Assembly: GCA_009692825.1 (NCBI GenBank)
Contig: SHYL01000002.1
Coordinates: forward strand, 1 to 58,990
Length of the DNA stretch: 58,990 nt
From: Dehalococcoidia bacterium
GTDB lineage: Bacteria; Chloroflexota; Dehalococcoidia; SHYB01; SHYL01
Reading direction: 5' to 3'
Part shown: piece after piece, positions 19,013-28,335 of the stretch
How the letters are laid out: each line of letters starts with the position of its first letter
Numbering within the stretch: position 1 is the first letter of the stretch
Made by a program: the position numbers and the translations under genes
Notes under the pieces: generated by a model
Told to the model about the DNA's origin: nothing
The model's database searches: none
The model's input: only the letters and a program-made list of their open reading frames with translations

Positions 19013-19852
19013 TTGTTAATAGACTTCCATACACACATCTTCCCTCCGACGATTTCTATCAATAGGGAAAGCTATCTCTCCAAAGACAAAACTTTTGGCA
19101 CTCTTTACTCAAAGCCAAGAACCAAGCTTGCCACAGCTGAGGATCTGATAGGAGCAATGGATGTGGAAGGCGTGGCGAAATCGGTCATTCTTAACATCGG
19201 GTGGAACAGCGAACAATTTATTAAAGAAACCAACGATTACCTTCTGGAAAGGGCTCACAAATATAAGGACAGGCTGATACCCTTTTGCTGCGTAAACCCT
19301 GTGCTTGCGTCTGCTCCAGAAGAAATACGCCGTTGCGCCAATGCTGGTGCAAAAGGCATAGGTGAATTGCACCCGGATACTCAGGGCTTTGATCTTGGCG
19401 ATAAGCACGTCATGGCACCGGTTATGCGTGTAGCTGATGAGTTCGGGCTACCTATCGTGGTGCACTCGTCTGAGCCTGTAGGCCACCAGTACGACGGCAA
19501 GGGCAAAAGCACTCCGGAATTATTGATGAAGTTCATATCGAATTTTCCTGACTCAAAAATAGTTTGCGCCCACTGGGGAGGCGGATTGCCTTTCTATGCG
19601 CTTATGCCTGAAGTCGCTGCGGCCCTAAAAAACGTCTATTTCGATACCAGCGTTTCGCCGTTCCTGTACACGCCTAATATTTTCACGGCGGTTCCGGGCA
19701 TGGTGCGGTCCGACCAAATTCTATTCGGCTCTGATTTCCCGTTGATGAAGGCAAGCAAGGTCAAGCTTCAGATGGAATCTGTTGGCATGCGCAAAGACAT
19801 CATGGAATCAATACTGGGTGGGAACGCCGAGAAGCTACTCGGGTTGGTCTGA
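19013..19852 (+). CDS. Amidohydrolase-family (TIM-barrel metal-dependent hydrolase) protein
   Basis: N-terminal LIDFHTHIFP metal-binding motif. TTG start. The stop overlaps the next start (TGATG). Confidence 0.8.
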   Translation: MLIDFHTHIFPPTISINRESYLSKDKTFGTLYSKPRTKLATAEDLIGAMDVEGVAKSVILNIGWNSEQFIKETNDYLLERAHKYKDRLIPFCCVNPVLASAPEEIRRCANAGAKGIGELHPDTQGFDLGDKHVMAPVMRVADEFGLPIVVHSSEPVGHQYDGKGKSTPELLMKFISNFPDSKIVCAHWGGGLPFYALMPEVAAALKNVYFDTSVSPFLYTPNIFTAVPGMVRSDQILFGSDFPLMKASKVKLQMESVGMRKDIMESILGGNAEKLLGLV

Positions 19853-20436
19853 TGCTTCAGCAGGAAACTCTCCGGCTCTTCATCGCGATTGAGTTCTCAA
19901 AAAAGTTAAAAGACGCCATATACTCGCTGATAGAGAAGCTAAAGATTTCTGATGTTAACTCTTCAATCAGATGGATAAGCTACGAAGACTTGCATATCAC
20001 TCTGAAATTCCTTGGGGAAGTCGCGAAGTCAAAAATTCCCAGCCTGGAAGAATCAATCAAAAACGCCGTCTCAAACAAAAATACATTTGAGTTATCGCTT
20101 TCAGGGGTGGGCGTATTCCCTAATGAGAACCGTCCCGGGGTCTTCTGGGTCGGTGTAAAGGACAGCGAGCCACTTATGAGTCTCGCTAAAAGTGTTATCA
20201 AGGAATGCGCCAGTATGGGATTTCCTGAAGAAAATTGGCCTTTTTCTCCGCACATCACGATTGGACGCGCCAGGGACAAGGCTAACCCCGCAAATCTAAC
20301 TAAAATTATGAGCCTTCTAACGTCCTTAAATGTAAGGAAGGAGTCTCAATTAATCGACCATATCAGCCTCATATGGAGCCAACTGACGACAAAAGGTCCT
20401 GTATATACAACATTAAATACCGCAAGCTTCGGTTAG
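19852..20436 (+). CDS. thpR: RNA 2',3'-cyclic phosphodiesterase (2H phosphoesterase, LigT/ThpR)
   Basis: Two HxT motifs: LHITLKFLGE and PHITIGR. Confidence 0.85.
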   Translation: MLQQETLRLFIAIEFSKKLKDAIYSLIEKLKISDVNSSIRWISYEDLHITLKFLGEVAKSKIPSLEESIKNAVSNKNTFELSLSGVGVFPNENRPGVFWVGVKDSEPLMSLAKSVIKECASMGFPEENWPFSPHITIGRARDKANPANLTKIMSLLTSLNVRKESQLIDHISLIWSQLTTKGPVYTTLNTASFG

Positions 20437-20445
20437 CGCACTTGT

Positions 20446-20468
20446 TATAGGAAAAGCCCTTTCCTATA
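20446..20468 (+). terminator. Weak hairpin downstream of thpR
   Basis: TATAGGAAA-AGCCC-TTTCCTATA (9-bp AT-rich stem), followed by CTTGAATTAGTTTG. Confidence 0.3.
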
Positions 20469-20519
20469 CTTGAATTAGTTTGAGAAAAAATCGCAAAGCT
20501 GTGAGGGGATTCCTTAAAA

Positions 20520-20741
20520 ATGCAAAGCCTCGAAACGTCTAGCTTCCCAAAATGCCAAAAATGCAATACTGGCGACCTTGTTCCATTATCGGACTTCGGC
20601 AGCCAGGGAGCTCCAATACAATACAAAGCATGGGTATGCACAAACCCAGAGTGCGGATTTAATATCAAGATTCGAAACGGTGACCTATATGTAAACGAGC
20701 CCATCTCCAACGGTGCAATGCACACACCCAGGGTAAGATAA
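20520..20741 (+). CDS. Small zinc-ribbon protein (73 aa)
   Basis: Cys pairs CQKC and CTNPEC. GAGGGGA lies about 12 nt upstream of the ATG. Confidence 0.5.
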   Translation: MQSLETSSFPKCQKCNTGDLVPLSDFGSQGAPIQYKAWVCTNPECGFNIKIRNGDLYVNEPISNGAMHTPRVR

Positions 20742-20873
20742 GCTAGGCAATCTAACTTGAACCAGCACATCACCAATAAATAAGGCTATTTAGGTTTATA
20801 GGCTAGGTACGCCACAATAATTACATAACGGTCTGCATTCAAAGCAAAGGCCTCCTCTAGCCAGATGTCAGAC

Positions 20874-20902
20874 TTGACAGTATTTCTAAACCACACTAAA
20901 GT
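20874..20902 (+). promoter_or_regulatory. Candidate sigma70-type promoter for the trp leader
   Basis: TTGACA (20874-20879), 17 nt, TAAAGT (20897-20902), about 15 nt before the Stem I base. Confidence 0.5.
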
Positions 20903-20916
20903 TTTATATACATAAC

Positions 20917-21183
20917 AAAGGCTGTGAACGGGAATAGTAAGCCGAGCATCTAGCTTCAGAGAGTCGGAACAGGTGAAAGCCGACGCTAGTAATCAGACTG
21001 AATGGCCCCGGGAGCCGCAAGCGAAACGGTGTTGAGCCCGAGTAGCATATTGACGGAAGGGTACCGTTAACAGACCCAGGATATCGCCCCAAGGCCGTAT
21101 CCGCAGAGTGCCCCGATTACATCGGGGAATAAGGGTGGCACCACGATCCATCGTCCCTTCGACGATGGATTATTTGTTGTTTG
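20917..21183 (+). promoter_or_regulatory. T-box leader riboswitch, Trp specifier (UGG), with intrinsic terminator
   Basis: - T-box sequence AATAAGGGTGGCACCACG at 21128-21145.
- Perfect 10-bp terminator ATCCATCGTC/GACGATGGAT (21146-21170) followed by TATTTGTTGTTTG.
- AGTA, AGAGA and GGTGAAAG Stem I elements are present.
- GAA-TGG-C specifier, with UGG at 21003-21005. Confidence 0.85.
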
Positions 21184-21198
21184 TAAAAGGAGCGACAG

Positions 21199-22686
21199 GT
21201 GCATTACCCAACCCTCGAGCAAGTCAAAAAGCTGGCAAGCCAGGGAAATCTCATACCCGTATATCAAGAAGTCATAGCCGATCTTGAAACGCCGGTTTCG
21301 GCTTACCTCAAACTTACGAGGACGAGTCAATCAAAGTACTCATTCCTGCTAGAGAGTATCGAGGGCGGCGAAAGAATCGCGAGATACAGCTTCTTGGGCT
21401 CATCCCCGGATAAGGTCATCATCGCTGGGAAAGCTTTCGGCGCCACTACTTCGACAAACCCCAAAGTCGTGATGACTGATGGCGCCGACCCCCTAAAGCT
21501 GATCCAAAAAGAACTAGAGAAAAACATCCCAGTCAAAATCGATGGCCTGCCCAGATTTCTTGAAGGGGCTGTAGGCTACCTGGGTTACGAAAACATCAGG
21601 CATTTCGAAAATATCCCTTCACCAGCGAATGACCCGCAGGGTCTGCCTGAAGCGTTCTTCATGCTGACCGACACGTTGCTTGTATTCGATCATTTGCAGC
21701 ACAAAATTAAGGTCGTGAGTCATGTACATACCGATGGAAATATCGAGAAGGAATATGAAAAAGCGACCGCCCGCATCGACGAGCTCGTTCAGCGCCTAAC
21801 CGAACCGTTGCAAACTCTCCCCGCAAGAACAGGAGGAAAGCCATCTGGCCTGGAGAAAGCCCAGGCAAACGTATCTAAGGAACATTTTATGGAAATGGTC
21901 AAAAAGGTTAAGCAATACATACACGAAGGCGAAGTCATTCAGACAGTCGTCTCTCAGAGACTGACCAGGAAAACGACTGCGGCACCTTTCGATATCTACC
22001 GAAACTTGCGCACGATTAACCCATCGCCGTATATGTTTTACCTGGACCTCGGAGACGTACACATAATCGGCGCATCTCCCGAAATGCTGGTAAGAGTTGA
22101 GGACGGATACGTCCACACGCATCCTATCGCCGGCACAAGAATCAGAGGTGCTACGCCCGAGAAAGACCTAGAACTTGAGCACGAACTCAAGAACGACCCG
22201 AAAGAAAGAGCAGAACATATCATGCTCGTAGACCTCGGAAGAAATGACGTCGGAAGAGTCAGCGAACCAGGAACAGTAACTGTGGCAGAGCTTATGCATG
22301 TAGAGCGATATTCACACGTTATGCATCTGGTTTCTAAAGTGAGCGGAAAGTTACGCAAAGGCCTGACCGCTTACGATGCTTTCAGAGCCTGCTTCCCAGC
22401 CGGCACGTTATCGGGAGCACCCAAAATAAGAGCTATGCAGACAATCGCAGAGCTTGAACCAGACAAGCGAGGCACTTATGGAGGCGCAGTCGGATATTTC
22501 ACCTCCGGAGGAAACATGGATACAGCCATCGCTATCCGGACGATCGCTATGAAAAATGGTGTCGCTTATATTCAGGCCGGCGCGGGAATCGTGTTCGATA
22601 GTGTGCCTGAGTTGGAATACCAGGAATCTCTTAATAAGGCCGCCGCTACGCTAAAGGCAATAGACGCCGCGGAAGGAGTCGCGTAA
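21199..22686 (+). CDS. trpE: Anthranilate synthase component I
   Basis: Chorismate-binding enzyme with motifs such as LLESIEGGE and GGAVGYF. GTG start after AAAGGAG. Confidence 0.95.
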   Translation: MHYPTLEQVKKLASQGNLIPVYQEVIADLETPVSAYLKLTRTSQSKYSFLLESIEGGERIARYSFLGSSPDKVIIAGKAFGATTSTNPKVVMTDGADPLKLIQKELEKNIPVKIDGLPRFLEGAVGYLGYENIRHFENIPSPANDPQGLPEAFFMLTDTLLVFDHLQHKIKVVSHVHTDGNIEKEYEKATARIDELVQRLTEPLQTLPARTGGKPSGLEKAQANVSKEHFMEMVKKVKQYIHEGEVIQTVVSQRLTRKTTAAPFDIYRNLRTINPSPYMFYLDLGDVHIIGASPEMLVRVEDGYVHTHPIAGTRIRGATPEKDLELEHELKNDPKERAEHIMLVDLGRNDVGRVSEPGTVTVAELMHVERYSHVMHLVSKVSGKLRKGLTAYDAFRACFPAGTLSGAPKIRAMQTIAELEPDKRGTYGGAVGYFTSGGNMDTAIAIRTIAMKNGVAYIQAGAGIVFDSVPELEYQESLNKAAATLKAIDAAEGVA

Positions 22687-22687
22687 T

Positions 22688-23257
22688 ATGCTTTTTCTTC
22701 TAGACAACTACGACAGTTTTACCTACAACCTGTACCAGTACCTAAGCGAGCTCGGGCAGGAAGTGAAAGTCGCCCGCAATAATGAGGTCACGGTAGAAGA
22801 TATCGAGCTCATGCGGCCGGAGCGGATAGTGATTTCGCCAGGGCCCAGCACGCCTGACAACGCCGGCATATCAAACGATGTCATCCGCCATTTCGCGGGC
22901 AAGACTCCTATCCTAGGGGTATGCTTGGGCCACCAGTGTATAGGCTATACGTTCGGCGCAACCGTAAAAGGTGCCGGCGAAATCATGCACGGCAAGACCT
23001 CGATGATAAAACATAATGGTAAAGGTGTATTCGCCGGACTTCCAAATCCATTCGAGGCTATCAGATACCACTCGCTAGCGATCCAGCGTGAAAATCTGCC
23101 GAGCGTTCTGGAGATTACGGCTGAAACTGACAATGGCGTAATCATGGGCATCAGGCACAAAACGCTGGCGGTTGAGGGCGTGCAATTCCATCCCGAATCT
23201 ATCATGACAAAGGTAGGCAAAGATCTGCTGCATAACTTTTTGAAGGCAAAAGTGTAG
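22688..23257 (+). CDS. trpG: Anthranilate synthase component II (glutamine amidotransferase)
   Basis: GATase-1 motifs GVCLGHQ and FHPES. Confidence 0.9.
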   Translation: MLFLLDNYDSFTYNLYQYLSELGQEVKVARNNEVTVEDIELMRPERIVISPGPSTPDNAGISNDVIRHFAGKTPILGVCLGHQCIGYTFGATVKGAGEIMHGKTSMIKHNGKGVFAGLPNPFEAIRYHSLAIQRENLPSVLEITAETDNGVIMGIRHKTLAVEGVQFHPESIMTKVGKDLLHNFLKAKV

Positions 23258-23327
23258 TTATTTCTTGCGCTAATGCTGGTTAGGACTATAAACTGCGTTA
23301 TGTATGTTAGGTAAAGGCGGACTTGAA

Positions 23328-24341
23328 ATGATAAAAGAGGCAATCGAATCGATCGTAGCCGGACAGGTGCTAAATGAGCAGCAGGCCGAAGCTGTTATGG
23401 AAGAGATCATGTCCGGCCAGGCAACAGCGGCCCAGATCGGCTCTTTCGTGACCGCGCTCCGAATACGCGGAGAAACAGTCGCAGAGATCGTTGGAATGGC
23501 CCACGTTATGCGCGCAAAAAGCGCCCATGTGGAGCAGACTGCCCCAGTCGTCGACACGTGCGGCACCGGCGGCGATTCATCCGGGACATTCAACATCAGT
23601 ACTTGCGCCGCATTCTTAGGCGCAGCCGCAGGGCTCAAGATAGCCAAGCACGGCAACAGGGCTATGTCCAGCAAGAGCGGCAGCGCGGACGTGCTGGAAG
23701 CTCTCGGTGTAAAGATTGACCTGCCGCCAGAAAAAGTATCCATGTGTCTGGACAAAGCAGGAATAGGATTCATGTTCGCACAGGGTTTTCACCCCGCCAT
23801 GAAATATGCAGCAGGCCCGAGGCGTGAAATAGGTATCAGAACGATTTTCAATTTCCTTGGACCGCTTACAAATCCGGCCGGAGCAAAAGAGCAATTGATC
23901 GGAGTATCTGAAAAAGATTACGTCCAAAAAATCGCCGAAGCCGTGGTGAAACTTGGAAATTTACATTCCCTGATCGTCCATGGGGAAGACGGTATGGATG
24001 AAATCACTATTTGCGCTGCCACTACAGTCGCGGAGCAAAGAGGGGACTCTATCTCCACTTACACTCTGGAGCCGGAAAGCCTTGGCTTTAAACGGGCTAA
24101 ACCTGAAGAATTAAGAGGTGGTACCGCGGCAGAAAACGCGGAAATCATCAAAGGCATATTAAGTGGGCGCGACCAGGGCGCACGGCGGGATGTTGTACTG
24201 CTTAACGCAGGCGCAGCCATCATGGTCGGCGGCCTCTCCAGGACATTACAGGGAGGCATACAGATGGCGGCTCAGACCATTGACCGCGGCACGGCCCAGA
24301 AGAAGCTGGATGATTTCATTGCCGTCTCCAACGGAGTTTAA
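23328..24341 (+). CDS. trpD: Anthranilate phosphoribosyltransferase
   Basis: CGTGGDSSGTFNIST and KHGNRA motifs. The Met at 23328 follows AAAGGCGGA. The maximal ORF starts at 23304. Confidence 0.9.
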   Translation: MIKEAIESIVAGQVLNEQQAEAVMEEIMSGQATAAQIGSFVTALRIRGETVAEIVGMAHVMRAKSAHVEQTAPVVDTCGTGGDSSGTFNISTCAAFLGAAAGLKIAKHGNRAMSSKSGSADVLEALGVKIDLPPEKVSMCLDKAGIGFMFAQGFHPAMKYAAGPRREIGIRTIFNFLGPLTNPAGAKEQLIGVSEKDYVQKIAEAVVKLGNLHSLIVHGEDGMDEITICAATTVAEQRGDSISTYTLEPESLGFKRAKPEELRGGTAAENAEIIKGILSGRDQGARRDVVLLNAGAAIMVGGLSRTLQGGIQMAAQTIDRGTAQKKLDDFIAVSNGV

Positions 24342-24349
24342 CTAAAAGC

Positions 24350-25162
24350 ATGTCAGCAGTAAAACCCATGAATTTCCTGACCACGATACTTGCAGATAAG
24401 CGCCTTGAGCTTGCCAGAGCCAAGGCAGAAGTCTCGCTGAAGGACCTGCAACAACTCGTGGACAAGCAGGCCGAGCCGCTAAGCTTCATAGATGCGCTTA
24501 AAAAGCCCGGAATACGAATAATCGCTGAAGTTAAAAAGGCCTCGCCGTCGAAGGGTGTGCTTGCACAAGAGCTCGATCCAGAAAGAACAGCGGTAAGCTA
24601 CGCATCAGGCGGCACGGCCGCTATATCAGTATTGACCGAACCTAAACACTTCCAGGGCAACCTGAGTTACCTGGGCCTGATAAAGAAAAAGTTAGGCGAT
24701 GATTGCCCTCCGCTACTCCGAAAAGATTTCCTGACGGAGGAATATCAGATCTACGAATCACGAGCGGCTGGTGCTGACGCCCTATTGCTCATCGTCGCAG
24801 CACTAGGTGATAGTACGCTTGGGTCACTTCTTGAACTCACGCATAAGCTGAACATGGAAGCGCTTGTAGAAGTACACACCGAAGAAGAAACTCGCAGAGC
24901 CGTCAAAGCCGGGGCAAAGGTTATCGGCATAAACAACCGAAACCTGACAACATTCGAAACGACAATTGAAACATCATTACAGCTAAGGCCTTTGATCCCG
25001 CAAAATAGGCTGGTAGTGAGCGAAAGCGGCATCAAAACACCCGATGATATAAGAAGGCTAAACAAAGCAGGGATAAACGTTTTCCTGATAGGCGAGGCTC
25101 TGGTTATCGACGGCAATCCATCTGAAAAAATCAAATCGCTCATGAACGCGGTAAACAAATGA
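24350..25162 (+). CDS. trpC: Indole-3-glycerol phosphate synthase
   Basis: IAEVKKASPSKG motif and an IGPS-like sequence throughout. Confidence 0.9.
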   Translation: MSAVKPMNFLTTILADKRLELARAKAEVSLKDLQQLVDKQAEPLSFIDALKKPGIRIIAEVKKASPSKGVLAQELDPERTAVSYASGGTAAISVLTEPKHFQGNLSYLGLIKKKLGDDCPPLLRKDFLTEEYQIYESRAAGADALLLIVAALGDSTLGSLLELTHKLNMEALVEVHTEEETRRAVKAGAKVIGINNRNLTTFETTIETSLQLRPLIPQNRLVVSESGIKTPDDIRRLNKAGINVFLIGEALVIDGNPSEKIKSLMNAVNK

Positions 25163-25809
25163 CTGTAATCGTAAAGATATGCGGGCAAAGGACTTCTGAA
25201 CACGCGCTAGCCGCGGCAAACGGAGGCGCAGATATGATTGGGATGATATTCGCACTCGGACGCCGCCAGATAACTCCAGAAGTGGCCAAAGAGATAGTCC
25301 AGAGTGTCAGGAAGGACAGAAACAACCCTCCGAAAATGGTTGGGGTTTTTGTAAACGCACCTGCGGCTGACGTAAACAGGATAGCGGCCGAATGTGCGCT
25401 GGATATGATCCAGTTAAGCGGCGGCGAACCATGGTCTTACTGCAGCCAGATAAAAGTGCCAGTTATAAAAGTTATTCATATAGACGAATCAGGCGCAGGT
25501 GAAGGTGGCTTCGTCAAACTGGCGAACACGTGCCAGGAAGCCACCATACGCGGTTACACAATCCACCTGGAGAGCGGCGCCGACAGGATGCCAGGCGGCA
25601 CCGGGAAAACTTTCGATTGGAGCATTGCGGAGCGCCTATCACAGCACTTCAAATTTCTTTTGGCAGGCGGGCTTACGCCAGGCACAGTTTCGGAAGCAAT
25701 TCATACGGCGCATCCCTGGGGTGTAGACGTTTCCAGTGGCGTCGAAACCGACGGCGTAAAAGACATAGCAAAAATAGAGGCATTTATTAAAGCCGCGAAA
25801 GGCGCTTAA
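25159..25809 (+). CDS. trpF: Phosphoribosylanthranilate isomerase
   Basis: VKICG N-terminus. ATGA overlap with trpC. Confidence 0.9.
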   Translation: MTVIVKICGQRTSEHALAAANGGADMIGMIFALGRRQITPEVAKEIVQSVRKDRNNPPKMVGVFVNAPAADVNRIAAECALDMIQLSGGEPWSYCSQIKVPVIKVIHIDESGAGEGGFVKLANTCQEATIRGYTIHLESGADRMPGGTGKTFDWSIAERLSQHFKFLLAGGLTPGTVSEAIHTAHPWGVDVSSGVETDGVKDIAKIEAFIKAAKGA

Positions 25810-25811
25810 TT

Positions 25812-27008
25812 TTGACTTATTCACTACCTGACCAGAAAGGTCATTTCGACGTTTTCGGTGGCAAGTACGTTCCCGAAACACTAATGGTTGCGCTTACAGA
25901 GCTTGAGTCCTCATTCAAGCGGCTTTATCGCAGCCGGGAGTTTCAGGAAGAGATGAGCTCGCTGCTTAAAACTTATGTTGGAAGACCTACTCCGATTTAT
26001 TTCGCGAAGAACCTTACAAAAAAGTTCAAGGGCGCGAAAATATACATCAAACGGGAAGACTTGGCGCATACAGGCTCCCATAAAATCAACAATGCGATTG
26101 GACAGGGGTTGCTCGCGAAGTACATGGGCAAACACCGCATAATCGCCGAGACTGGCGCTGGACAGCACGGAGTCGCCACGGCCACGGTTTGCGCAATGCT
26201 GGGCCAGGAATGCATCGTATACATGGGTATCGAGGACATCAAACGCCAGTCACCAAACGTATTCCGTATGAAACTGCTTGGAGCTGAAGTAAGGCCTGTA
26301 AGTAGCGGCAGCCGCACACTGAAGGATGCCATCAACGAGGCTATACGTGACTGGGTCACGAATGTAAAAGACACTCACTACCTACTTGGCAGCGTAGTCG
26401 GTCCGCACCCGTATCCAATGATCGTACGCAACTTCCAGTCGGTTATAGGCAAAGAAGCCAGGCGTCAGATGCTCCAAATGGAGGGCAAGCTTCCCGACTA
26501 TGCAATCGCATGTGTGGGTGGCGGCAGCAACGCGATGGGCATGTTCTACCCATTTATCAAGGATAAAAACGTAGGATTAATAGGAGTAGAGGCTGGCGGA
26601 CTTGGTCTCGCAAGCGGCAAGCATGCCGCAAGTCTGGCGGCGGGGAAGATCGGCGTCCTGCACGGCTCAAAATCGTATGTCCTCCAGGACGAGTGGGGAC
26701 AGATCACGGAGACGCACAGCATATCTGCGGGGCTGGACTATCCAGGCGTCGGCCCTGAGCACAGCTATCTTAAAGACTCTAAGCGTGCGAAATACGTTGC
26801 TATAACAGATAAACAAGCAGTCGCCGGATCAAAATTGCTATCGGAGACTGAGGGGATAATACCGGCACTTGAGTCTGCTCATGCCGTCTCATACGCTTGC
26901 CAGTTGGCAAAAACTCTGGCTCCAGACAAAATCATCCTAGTGAATCTAAGCGGTAGAGGCGATAAGGACATCTATACTCTAGGGGAAGCCCTCGGAATAA
27001 AAATCTAA
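25812..27008 (+). CDS. trpB: Tryptophan synthase beta chain
   Basis: PLP-lysine motif HTGSHKINN and [11 protein letters not shown] start 2 nt after trpF. Confidence 0.95.
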   Translation: MTYSLPDQKGHFDVFGGKYVPETLMVALTELESSFKRLYRSREFQEEMSSLLKTYVGRPTPIYFAKNLTKKFKGAKIYIKREDLAHTGSHKINNAIGQGLLAKYMGKHRIIAETGAGQHGVATATVCAMLGQECIVYMGIEDIKRQSPNVFRMKLLGAEVRPVSSGSRTLKDAINEAIRDWVTNVKDTHYLLGSVVGPHPYPMIVRNFQSVIGKEARRQMLQMEGKLPDYAIACVGGGSNAMGMFYPFIKDKNVGLIGVEAGGLGLASGKHAASLAAGKIGVLHGSKSYVLQDEWGQITETHSISAGLDYPGVGPEHSYLKDSKRAKYVAITDKQAVAGSKLLSETEGIIPALESAHAVSYACQLAKTLAPDKIILVNLSGRGDKDIYTLGEALGIKI

Positions 27009-27009
27009 A

Positions 27010-28335
27010 TTATTCTTTTTCTTGCTCTTCGCTTTCCAGATAAAGCTTATAGCTATCATCGTCAAAGCTGAACATCTCAGCATATCTACCCCAGTCGATA
27101 GCAATCGAAAGTTGACTTTCAGCGGCATCCTTACTGAAGCTGCCTTCAAGAATTTCCAAAATGTCAGTAGCGTCAATCTTCTTTTCTGGGGATTCGTCTA
27201 TTGACTTTATGATTAAGAATATGATCTCTACAGAAAGCGCTTGCTGTTTGAATATCTCTTTCTTCTCCTGCTGTGCGGCTTCCGCATACATTTTGCCTAA
27301 ATCTGTAAGCAGGATGTCTCCCTCAGCAACTTTCGCCAGACCTAATTGAGAAGCGGCCTCAGCTACAGGCAAGAGATCATCCACTTCAAGCTGCAAATCT
27401 GCACCAAGTTTTGGAAGATCCTGCTTGCCACCAGTCTTTTCCAAAAGCTCTATAAGACCGTTCAACATACCGATTCGTACATCCGGCAAAGGCTTTAATT
27501 TCTTCTCGTCTTCCGGGACAGGAGTCATGGCCGCCTTAACAGGCTCAGCCGCAGCTGTTGAATGAGACACTAATTTATAAAGATGGTCAACAAAAGAAAT
27601 AAACTCGGGAGAAGTACGCTCTCTGGGATGTTCCAAATAAACGGGTACGTTCGCAAGCACACGTCCAGGATTACTTCCAAAAACGAGAACCCTGTCTGCC
27701 ATCAAAGCTACTTCTTCGATGTTGTGCGAGACCATGATTATCGATGACAATGGAACGCGCTTATCATTCCACAGATCAAACAACTCTCTGCGTAAGTTAT
27801 CGGCGGTCAGAACATCCAATCCAGAAAAGGGTTCGTCGAGGCAGAGCAGCTCCGGCTCCACGGCCAGGGCTCTGGCGAAGCCTACTCGCTGTTTCATGCC
27901 CCTGGATAATTCACGCGGATAAGCGCTTTCAAAACCGCCCAAACCTACTTCTTCAATAAGCTTGAGTGCTTTCTCACTCCTTAACTTGGGGTCCATCTGC
28001 CTGGAACGTAAGCCGATTTCAACATTATCAAGCACATTCAGCCATGGGAAAAGGGAGGGGGTCTGAAAAACTATTGCGACCTTATTGTGCGCTTTCTCTT
28101 GAGGAGTCTGGCTTATGAAAACATCTCCAGAGGTAGCAGGTATCAATCCTGTGATTATTCTAAGCAGTGTGGATTTACCTGAGCCAGACGGCCCGACTAT
28201 CGCTAAAAATTCGCCTTCTTTAATTTCTAAATTGATATCATCAAGAATCAGTACTTGGTGCTTTTTATCTCCGAAATACTTGGCTACATGGACAAGTTGC
28301 AGAATAGGAGCGATGTCTACGGGCTTTTTCTGCAT
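27010..28335 (-). CDS. ABC transporter ATP-binding protein (NitT/TauT-type) with a roughly 190-aa C-terminal accessory domain
   Basis: The Walker A motif is GPSGSGKST, the ABC signature is LSRGMKQR and the Walker B motif is LCLDEPFSGLD. A long acidic C-terminal extension follows. Confidence 0.85.
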   Translation of the reverse strand: MQKKPVDIAPILQLVHVAKYFGDKKHQVLILDDINLEIKEGEFLAIVGPSGSGKSTLLRIITGLIPATSGDVFISQTPQEKAHNKVAIVFQTPSLFPWLNVLDNVEIGLRSRQMDPKLRSEKALKLIEEVGLGGFESAYPRELSRGMKQRVGFARALAVEPELLCLDEPFSGLDVLTADNLRRELFDLWNDKRVPLSSIIMVSHNIEEVALMADRVLVFGSNPGRVLANVPVYLEHPRERTSPEFISFVDHLYKLVSHSTAAAEPVKAAMTPVPEDEKKLKPLPDVRIGMLNGLIELLEKTGGKQDLPKLGADLQLEVDDLLPVAEAASQLGLAKVAEGDILLTDLGKMYAEAAQQEKKEIFKQQALSVEIIFLIIKSIDESPEKKIDATDILEILEGSFSKDAAESQLSIAIDWGRYAEMFSFDDDSYKLYLESEEQEKE

